In this document: piece after piece, positions 32,718-39,962 of the stretch
How the letters are laid out: each line of letters opens with the position of its first letter
Numbering within the stretch: position 1 is the stretch's first letter
Virus record (IMG/VR): IMGVR_UViG_3300031965_000081
Span: 1-39,962 of that record
Length of the DNA: 39,962 nt
Strand: one strand, 5' to 3'
From: a virus
Lineage: Duplodnaviria > Caudoviricetes
Made by a program: the position numbers and the translations under genes
Notes under the pieces: model-generated
Seen by the model: only the letters and a program-made list of their open reading frames with translations
What the model was told of the DNA's origin: nothing
The model's database searches: none

Positions 32718-33833
32718 CTAGCTTATATTAAATACTCGCCTACTTATAACTGGTACATTTTCTTCACTTCCAATAGTGTAGAAAGTATCAGGGTTATTCT
32801 GGTTGGCGTATTCTGCTTCGTGAAGATCGTCATAGTAGTTACCGTCTGAATTCGCGCTCCACCTTGCCCAAGCAAGACTAAATCTCTGTCCGTCTGTAAA
32901 CAGTGTGGTATCGGTTGTTCTTATTCTCCCAAGCAGCATTTGATAAGTTTTCCAATCTCCAGAGGTAGATACTGAATCACTTTCAATTAAAACACCATCT
33001 CCGTAAGATTCAAAAAGATTGGAAGTTGGCTGATGAACATTAGCCAGATATCGCCAAGCTGTTCCGGCAGAAAAATCCCCTGTATCATTATTTAATTGTA
33101 ATGTCCCTCCGTTATTACTGAGCGCGTTCACATCAACCGATCCAGTACCACCCGCAATTGCCCTGACTCTTCCTCCTAATTGATTGGAGCCTATTTTTGT
33201 TAGACACAATGAACTATTTTGACTGTAAACCCATCCACCGTATGATAGACGAACATTAAAGCCAACCGTTACCGTCATCATGCCAGCACCACCAGAAACC
33301 CAGTGTTCTGTGCTTACTCCGGTTTCAATGTATTGTCCAATAGGGCCAGAACCAACCTCAGACCCATCCCATGTTCCTTGAGCAGTCAGATCATTCCCAG
33401 TCCCATTCAGATTGGTAAACTGAGGAGCACTACCTGAGGGATCTTGTTCAAGGTCCCAAAAGCCCATGAAATTTTGAAATGTGTTATTCCGTCCATAAGT
33501 AGCAGTTACTGCAGGGGTTGATGCGCCACTATTGCCATAGTATATGTATATGTCAGTATCTACCGTGCTAGATAGAGTACCGGGGTACCTGAAGAAGAGG
33601 TAGCCGGTCTCTGCTCCGGTATCTATGGCATTGACGTAGGTAGGTACTTCAGTAGTACCGTCACTGGTGGTTATTCTAATATCTCCACCGTCTGACTTTA
33701 CTGTGGAAAAGAAGCTTGATGGTAGAAGAGAGAGATCTACATAGGCAGTATAGTTGTCTAGGTCGCCCGGTACCTTTGTGTTATCAATCGTTACCTTTAC
33801 TCTATATTGCCAATTGTTATTATACCAAGCCAT
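32718..33833 (-). CDS. DUF2341-like plus LamG/ConA-like domain virion protein
   Basis: MAWYNNNWQYRVKVTID, SDGGDIRITTSDGTTEVP, IYIYYGNSGA, EYANQNNPDTFY. Confidence 0.7.
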   Translation of the reverse strand: MAWYNNNWQYRVKVTIDNTKVPGDLDNYTAYVDLSLLPSSFFSTVKSDGGDIRITTSDGTTEVPTYVNAIDTGAETGYLFFRYPGTLSSTVDTDIYIYYGNSGASTPAVTATYGRNNTFQNFMGFWDLEQDPSGSAPQFTNLNGTGNDLTAQGTWDGSEVGSGPIGQYIETGVSTEHWVSGGAGMMTVTVGFNVRLSYGGWVYSQNSSLCLTKIGSNQLGGRVRAIAGGTGSVDVNALSNNGGTLQLNNDTGDFSAGTAWRYLANVHQPTSNLFESYGDGVLIESDSVSTSGDWKTYQMLLGRIRTTDTTLFTDGQRFSLAWARWSANSDGNYYDDLHEAEYANQNNPDTFYTIGSEENVPVISRRVFNIS

Positions 33834-33834
33834 T

Positions 33835-36402
33835 TTAATCTCGTGTAAATTTAATAGTAATATTTATTTCATCCAATGTTCCACTTTGAGCTGTGGTTTC
33901 CACCCAAACCCAACTACTTGCAGGAATAGTTGCATCATTAAACGATGTTACTTCACTGCCTGTTGTTGTAGAGGTTGTGGTTGTTCCTGATGTTACTACC
34001 TCCGCACCGGTAGCACTTCTGTCTGTTCCGTGCCTGATTGTCCAAGTCACAGAAGGCGTAGAACTTCCAAGAAGGACTGCGTTCATTTGAGTAACTGTAA
34101 TAGCGTAATCTGTGAAGAACATAGTTAGGTCTTCTGAATCTGTCGGGTCTTCTATTGTGATTGCTTTTATATATGCATCTGTTATATCAAGAACCCTATT
34201 TCCACCTGCTTGAACTTCCCCTGTTCCGTTTGGTGCAATGTTAATGTCCCCATCCGCCCCGTCTGTAATGGTGATTGTTCCTGTGGTAGCGTTGCCTGTT
34301 TGGAGGATGAGGTCTTGGTTGCCGTTGGATTCTAATGTCCCAGAGGCTGAGCCAGTCCCTATAACAATAACACCAGTACCATTAGGAGAAAGAATTAAAT
34401 CTTCATTAGTTCCGGTTGATATTATATGCGCGCCAGTGCCAGCATTTGTTAATCCTAAGGTTGCAGGGTTATTCGTTGAGTCGTTTTGGTTTATTTGAAG
34501 TCCTACGTTATTTGAGTCATCGGGTACCGTTATCTCTACCGCTCCTGAGTCTGCGGTTATGGTACGGCCACCGCCACCAGAACCAATACCACCGTCATAT
34601 GCTTCATCAAGAGAATTTACATTTGATGATGTTGTAATTACAATTGCACCAGATCTAAATTGCATATCGTCAACATAAAAATGGATATTACTACTTGGAC
34701 TTCCTGAGGTACCCTCACAAGTAAATCTAACCTGATCTATTGTTTCGCCGGGTGGGATATTCATCTCAAATACCGGAATTGAGACACCTTGATAGTTTGA
34801 AAAATCATTAACATCAAGACCAACAGAAGAATTTACTAAAACAAAAGTACCTTTCTGTACTCCTTGATTATAAAACCTAGCAAAAAGTAATCTGTTTCCA
34901 GTCCATTCTGTAAGTTTCATGAAAAAAGTAAGAGCACTATATTGAGATGTATCTATTGCACTTGCACCTTCAAATTCAAAGTAATCAGCACTGGTTAAAT
35001 CTGCATCCACATGAAATGTACCAGTACGAGGGTCTGCTGTAGCGGCAAAATCAACATCACCCCCAGAACCATCTGTACCGTCCCATTCTGTTGATTGTCC
35101 TGCATTTTCCAAGTAAACATCTTCTGTCGTTTCTTGAAGAGAAGTTGCACCAGCCGGAACAAGAACAAATCCCACTTCAACAAAAAGCGTAGGGTCTACT
35201 GATGGTTTTGATGGATTTGCCGCCGGTGTACCGGTTACTTTCCCAACTGTTCCTGATGTATCAAGAGTAATTGCGTCAATACGGTCATTTGTCACATCAG
35301 CGTCATCAAGAGTGATACTTTGTTGTGCGCTTGAATACAGAACTCCTTGAATAAGATATGTACCAGACGTAACAATGAATGTAAGTCCAGTATCATAAAT
35401 AAGTTGACAACCGGAAACAATACGTGTTTCAGTTGATGAAGGAATACCAAGGGAATTTACAAAATCTTCGTATGAAATAACATTATGATGAGTTCCACTA
35501 TCATCATAGAATACTAAAAGGTCTGCAGACGCAATCGTATCTGCAGATAAACCACTTACATCAAGACTTACAGTGGTACTTGCAGAGTCAAGACCTTCAC
35601 CCGCTGTATCAAAAAATAATGATGTAGTATTGTCATAATTTGAAAGATCGTCGTCTACTGTAACAGTTGTAGCATCATTACCAGCATCATCAGCCGCTGT
35701 AATTGTCTCCCCTATAAAGTTAAGATAAGTTCTGGCCGTTAAATCAGACCCCTCTTCTTGGATTGTATGGCCCGCACCTCCCCCACCTCCTGTTAAATCA
35801 AGCGTAGCTACTCCATTTCCAGAGTAAGTTATAGAACCTCCTGAACCCGTTACATTTAATTTAGTTATGGGGCTTTGAGTTATGGTAGTGCCGTCATCTT
35901 GGAAGAGGATAGTCGGACCACCTCCGCCTCCTGTTCCACCTTGACCCAGCTCTCTTGAAGTAAGGAAGTCAGGGACATTTTTAAGTATAGTGAAATCAAG
36001 AGCGTTTTTGATTGGTGAGATTTTTTCTATAATTTGTTCGCCTGTGTCCGGTGAGCCGTCTTTACCGTCTTTACCTTTAAGACCAACGGGACCAACAGGA
36101 CCAATAGAACCAACTTCCCCACGATCACCCTTTACTCCCTTTTCTCCAGTCGGGCCCCTAAGACCTTGAGGACCAATCTCTCCTCTTTCACCAGTTAAAC
36201 CAATTTCCCCTTTTTCGCCCACTTCTCCTTTTATAGTTAAAAGTTCCGCCCCTTCCAATTCCACCTTCATTTTAGTAGGAAATTCTTTTTGCTCTATTCG
36301 TTTAAGGGTTTCATGGGCAACATTCACTGCCTCCGTTGTTTTATCGGTAGCACTAGCTTGTAGTTGTTCTGGGGTTTTGTGGATGTCGTTCAGGTTTTTC
36401 AT
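33835..36402 (-). CDS. Tail fibre / receptor-binding protein with collagen-like repeat
   Basis: 20 consecutive Gly-X-Y triplets (36049-36228); Gly-rich linkers; PNGTG repeats. Confidence 0.75.
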   Translation of the reverse strand: MKNLNDIHKTPEQLQASATDKTTEAVNVAHETLKRIEQKEFPTKMKVELEGAELLTIKGEVGEKGEIGLTGERGEIGPQGLRGPTGEKGVKGDRGEVGSIGPVGPVGLKGKDGKDGSPDTGEQIIEKISPIKNALDFTILKNVPDFLTSRELGQGGTGGGGGPTILFQDDGTTITQSPITKLNVTGSGGSITYSGNGVATLDLTGGGGGAGHTIQEEGSDLTARTYLNFIGETITAADDAGNDATTVTVDDDLSNYDNTTSLFFDTAGEGLDSASTTVSLDVSGLSADTIASADLLVFYDDSGTHHNVISYEDFVNSLGIPSSTETRIVSGCQLIYDTGLTFIVTSGTYLIQGVLYSSAQQSITLDDADVTNDRIDAITLDTSGTVGKVTGTPAANPSKPSVDPTLFVEVGFVLVPAGATSLQETTEDVYLENAGQSTEWDGTDGSGGDVDFAATADPRTGTFHVDADLTSADYFEFEGASAIDTSQYSALTFFMKLTEWTGNRLLFARFYNQGVQKGTFVLVNSSVGLDVNDFSNYQGVSIPVFEMNIPPGETIDQVRFTCEGTSGSPSSNIHFYVDDMQFRSGAIVITTSSNVNSLDEAYDGGIGSGGGGRTITADSGAVEITVPDDSNNVGLQINQNDSTNNPATLGLTNAGTGAHIISTGTNEDLILSPNGTGVIVIGTGSASGTLESNGNQDLILQTGNATTGTITITDGADGDINIAPNGTGEVQAGGNRVLDITDAYIKAITIEDPTDSEDLTMFFTDYAITVTQMNAVLLGSSTPSVTWTIRHGTDRSATGAEVVTSGTTTTSTTTGSEVTSFNDATIPASSWVWVETTAQSGTLDEINITIKFTRD

Positions 36403-39400
36403 AATTGTCTTAATACCTCTTCGGCTGTTAATACTTTGTTTACTTTAAAGTCAGTCATTAAGCCCTCGGCTTTCTTTCTAGTTATTATACCGCTTCTAAC
36501 CGCATTTCCTACTGCAATATCTACAGGAGTGAAAAAGTCGTGCATTGTGTTATCTACTAGCATCAAGTTTTTGTCAGCCGAACTTCCGCCTGCTTTGACA
36601 GGGGTGATATGTTCTAATTTCCACTTGCTTGCCTCGCTCCAAGGAATACCTTCGGAAGCCATTAGGGTTCTTTTATATTCTTGCGAGCCACCTTCATCTC
36701 TAAAATCTACACCATAAAACCTCTGCAGTTCTACAAGGTTTCCTTCTACAAGTCCTAGTTTCTCCTTGGTAAATAATGCCCTAAAGGCGTTGGCTGGGTC
36801 TTTGGTAAATGCTTTGACATAGTCGGAAGCTATGCCTAGTTTGCTTCGGCCATAAGCGTCTTCAACTTTCTTAGTTTCCTTTAGAGATTTCTTAACTTTT
36901 TGGTATGCTTTGTATTCTTCGTCAGAAAGTGCGTCTACCACAGCTTGAGCTTCGTCCTTTTTTCCCTCATCAAGAAGTTTTTGGTTTGACTTCACAACAG
37001 GAAACATTTGTTTTTGTAATTCTAGTGCTTCTTTTTTCTTATCATCAGCTTTTATCTTTTTGTAGGTCTCGTAATCCTCATCTGACAGAGCGTCTACAAT
37101 AGCTTGGGCTTTATCTTCTTCACCTTCAGCGATATGTTCTTGAGCTAAATTGTAAAGTGGAAGGATTCTTTTTTCGTTCTTGCGGTCTGCTTTAGCCTCC
37201 GCAGAATTAGGGTCAAAACTTTCAGAGTATTCAATACCTGCTCGGGTGCTGTATGGTCCGACAATGGGTGCTAATACTTTGTCAATTCCCTCCACAGGAA
37301 AGGCAATATCCCCACCTCTTGTTTCCACAAATCCTTTAGCATTAGCTATCATTCCGTCTACAAAGCGATTAACAGTAGCTGCCCCACCTATTCCTGAAAA
37401 TCCCATTCCCCATTTAGTTAATTCTTTTCTTAGTTTATCGGTCTTTCCTAATTCAATATAGTCTTTACCTGCGTTTAATATGTTTTCAAAATCAGCCAAA
37501 GGTGCAACAGGAGATCTGTCTCCACCCTCATATCCTTGTTCTCTCAATCCTGTAGCAACTAGCCCTTTACCAACAAGTTTATTTACAGTAGAACCAACAA
37601 CGGGTAAAGATGGAATTAGTTTTCTTCCCGTCATTTTTTCAGAGTATTCGTTGTAAACATACGTTCCAACAATAAGTGCGATTATTTGATTTAGGCGTTG
37701 GCTTTTTTCTAAAGGCAGTCCTCCGCCTTGACCAATCAGGGTTCTTGAAAAACGATATAATTCAAAAGCGAATGTCTGAAATGGGGCAACTGCTCTTACA
37801 GATAGATTTTGGAGCATTCTAGGTCTAGCTTCTTTGTTATAAGCTGATTGTGTGCCTTCAATTACATAGTTTGCGAAAGTCTTTTGGTCGGCTGATTTAA
37901 GTCCGAGACGTTTAGCTTCTCTCATTCCAGCTGCACCTGATACTCCTGAAAGCCAGTATTCCATTTGGTCTGACAAGTATGTTGCAAAGGAATTAAAAGA
38001 ATCAATCTTGGTCTTAGCAACCCTTCGTGCTGTTCTATCTACATCACCTGCAAGCGTTGTCCCTAAAGAGGCAGTTCCTGTTTTAAGTCTAAAAGATGAA
38101 AGTTGATTGATGGCTTTTGGATTAAGAGCGAAATCAACAGCTCCACCCACCATATTTTGAAGTCCATGAGTAATCCCCCCAACCCTAGGAAATGTCATTC
38201 CCAAAAAAGAAGCGGGCTGAAAAACAAATGTCCATACTAGGTTTCCAGCAAGGGCTGAGATGTTTCGTGCCTGGTTTATACCGGCAACGATCATTCTTCT
38301 TTTTGTTCCAACATCCAAGCCCACCATTTTGTCTAAAACTCCGGGCTTTCCTACAAATCCACTTCTTATAGTGTCTTCAATAACCTTACTTAATTTATTC
38401 AGCCCGTTGGCTTTGACCACCTGATTGACTGCTTTTAGCTGCTCAATGGTTTTGGTTATGTAAATATCACTAGAGATAGCTTCTAGGTATGAGTCGTAGA
38501 GTTTGAAAAAGTCTGTTTCTAGGTTGCCCATTCCGCCTTTTCTTGGCAAAGCGTGGGGATTTTTCTTGGCGTTTGGAATAATGTAATCAAAAGCATCTGA
38601 GATTGTAGTTCGTTTGTCAGCCCATAGTTTAGACCAAAAACCAGTTTCCTGAAGGTGTGGGGCATAATCTTCAATGTATCCTATCTCTGATTTACCTAAT
38701 GCTTTTCTGACAACATTGGCTTCTTTTCTTAGCCCATCAAGAACCACCCTGACCTCTTCTGCCATTTTAGAAATGTTAGCAGGAACTTTCTTTCCCTCTA
38801 GGGCGTCCATTAAAAGTTTTCCGTTTGCTTTGTTTATTTTGACTCCGTTTCTTTCTGCGATTTTTGTCAGACTATTAACCTTACTAGAAACAAACTCACC
38901 TTTTTGAGCCAAAGTTTCAGTAGTTTGTTCCCAAGTCTTAGCCAGAACTCCAAACCCTTTATCTTTCGCTCCTCGTAGGGTTATATTGTCGGCTTCAAAG
39001 AAAGCATCTCTTAAATTATAAGATTGACCACCAAGTAGTCCTCCTTTAATGTCTTTTTTCAATTCTCCGACTGCTTTAGGTGCGAACACGCCAGTATCAC
39101 GAATGGCATATTTAGTGTCTCCTGCGGGGTTTTTATATGAAGCAACGAAGTCTGCCCCTTCTTTTCTTATTTGAGGGATTAAATCTCTATCTACTCTTGG
39201 CACTCCTAAGTCTGTATTTACAATATCCTTTGTTTGTGATACACTTTTAGAATATGTATCAACATTTTTCTTGGAAACAGATTTTAGCGCAGGTTGCTTT
39301 TTTACTGGTACTAGTGGTGGTTGGCTACCTTTTGGTAGAGTTGTTTGACCTGTGGCATCTCGTGGAATACTCACACCAGACCTTCTAGCCGACTCTTCTA

Positions 39401-39962
39401 ACGAAGGTATCTCGGCAGATGTTCTCATTTGCCTTATTTTTGGTTTCCCCACCCCATCCCACTCTGCTCTTAATTGGGAGCGGGTTTTGAGATTGGTTGG
39501 TTGTATTATCGCACTTCCATCGTCTGAAACTTTCACCAAAACATCAATTTCATCAATACCTGCTTGTTTATACGCAGTAAGACGATGATTCCCATCCATA
39601 ACCTCATTCAAGGCGAATTGTCCTTTTGGATTTATGGTAATTGGTGGCAACTCCTTTCCTTCTTGAATTGCTCTTTTTGCACTTGCGATTGATTCTGTGC
39701 TACCAGTTTGCCCACCGAAAGAAATATCTTTTACCTTCATCTTCTGTAATTCAAAAGTACCCTTAAGGGGATTAGGAGATGTTTCGCCAATACCAGGAGT
39801 TTCAACTTTATTTTTTAGATTTATTAATCTTCCTTGAGACAATGTCTCTCCTTGCCCCTTCACCCACTCATCAAAAGACTGACCACTTTGTTTGGCGGAT
39901 TTGATACTTGAAGTTAGGTTATCTACACCTTTTATGGGTTGGTTGTAAATGTCGGTGAGTTG
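36399..39962 (-). CDS. C-terminal part of ~1645-aa multidomain protein: second ParB/Srx-like cassette, helical core, duplicated DALSDE repeat, C-terminal HNH-like domain
   Basis: LPPITI...VMDGNHRLTAYKQAGIDEIDV; WKLEHITPVKAGGSSADKNLMLV....H; in frame with 1-1501 across the junction. Confidence 0.9.
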   Translation of the reverse strand, partial: QLTDIYNQPIKGVDNLTSSIKSAKQSGQSFDEWVKGQGETLSQGRLINLKNKVETPGIGETSPNPLKGTFELQKMKVKDISFGGQTGSTESIASAKRAIQEGKELPPITINPKGQFALNEVMDGNHRLTAYKQAGIDEIDVLVKVSDDGSAIIQPTNLKTRSQLRAEWDGVGKPKIRQMRTSAEIPSLEESARRSGVSIPRDATGQTTLPKGSQPPLVPVKKQPALKSVSKKNVDTYSKSVSQTKDIVNTDLGVPRVDRDLIPQIRKEGADFVASYKNPAGDTKYAIRDTGVFAPKAVGELKKDIKGGLLGGQSYNLRDAFFEADNITLRGAKDKGFGVLAKTWEQTTETLAQKGEFVSSKVNSLTKIAERNGVKINKANGKLLMDALEGKKVPANISKMAEEVRVVLDGLRKEANVVRKALGKSEIGYIEDYAPHLQETGFWSKLWADKRTTISDAFDYIIPNAKKNPHALPRKGGMGNLETDFFKLYDSYLEAISSDIYITKTIEQLKAVNQVVKANGLNKLSKVIEDTIRSGFVGKPGVLDKMVGLDVGTKRRMIVAGINQARNISALAGNLVWTFVFQPASFLGMTFPRVGGITHGLQNMVGGAVDFALNPKAINQLSSFRLKTGTASLGTTLAGDVDRTARRVAKTKIDSFNSFATYLSDQMEYWLSGVSGAAGMREAKRLGLKSADQKTFANYVIEGTQSAYNKEARPRMLQNLSVRAVAPFQTFAFELYRFSRTLIGQGGGLPLEKSQRLNQIIALIVGTYVYNEYSEKMTGRKLIPSLPVVGSTVNKLVGKGLVATGLREQGYEGGDRSPVAPLADFENILNAGKDYIELGKTDKLRKELTKWGMGFSGIGGAATVNRFVDGMIANAKGFVETRGGDIAFPVEGIDKVLAPIVGPYSTRAGIEYSESFDPNSAEAKADRKNEKRILPLYNLAQEHIAEGEEDKAQAIVDALSDEDYETYKKIKADDKKKEALELQKQMFPVVKSNQKLLDEGKKDEAQAVVDALSDEEYKAYQKVKKSLKETKKVEDAYGRSKLGIASDYVKAFTKDPANAFRALFTKEKLGLVEGNLVELQRFYGVDFRDEGGSQEYKRTLMASEGIPWSEASKWKLEHITPVKAGGSSADKNLMLVDNTMHDFFTPVDIAVGNAVRSGIITRKKAEGLMTDFKVNKVLTAEEVLRQL
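39836..39962. repeat. Terminal direct repeat, right copy
   Basis: Identical to 1-127. Confidence 0.95.

Noticed and set aside
585-39588. All plus-strand ORFs in the track (e.g. 4588..5157, 27075..27470, 30448..30705)
   Set aside because: Nearly all are antisense shadows of well-supported minus-strand genes and none has recognisable motifs; 30448..30705 lies in an AT-rich gap and is not fully excluded
1-39962. Stop-codon reassignment
   Set aside because: Long genes are intact and tightly packed under the standard code, and TAA, TGA and TAG all occur at coupled gene ends

Overview
This window is a complete, circularly assembled dsDNA tailed-phage genome. Positions 1-127 are identical to 39836-39962, giving a unit length of 39,835 bp, and essentially all real genes lie on the minus strand. 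In transcription order the late region holds groEL and groES, TerS, an HNH, a gpA-type TerL, portal, scaffold, a second HNH, the major capsid protein, head/tail proteins and ejection-type proteins. It continues with a ~1645-aa multidomain protein spanning the assembly junction, a collagen tail fibre, a DUF2341-like protein and a lysis module with a papain-fold endolysin. The early/middle region holds a lytic transglycosylase, an HNH, NinG, RNase H, YopX, a PD-(D/E)XK nuclease, an SSB-like protein, an adenine MTase and an array of small genes. I see no integrase, DNA polymerase, primase, helicase, Rep initiator or reverse transcriptase. The layout is podovirus-like; starts mostly lack Shine-Dalgarno motifs, suggesting (inference only) a CPR/Patescibacteria or similar host. 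Three signals stand out. (1) Short G-rich left and C/A-rich right boundary repeats bracket unrelated coding segments both inside the giant protein and in the early small-gene array, with an exact 19-bp repeat shared between the two loci, suggesting a genome-wide cassette-shuffling system. (2) A promoter, pseudoknot leader and terminator are followed by a ~315-nt multi-stem pseudoknotted non-coding RNA abutting a phage RNase H gene, a candidate ColE1-like RNA-primed replicon. (3) Two genes carry adenine-depleted C-terminal segments resembling DGR variable regions although no RT or template repeat is visible. All family calls are by eye from motifs; no database search was run.
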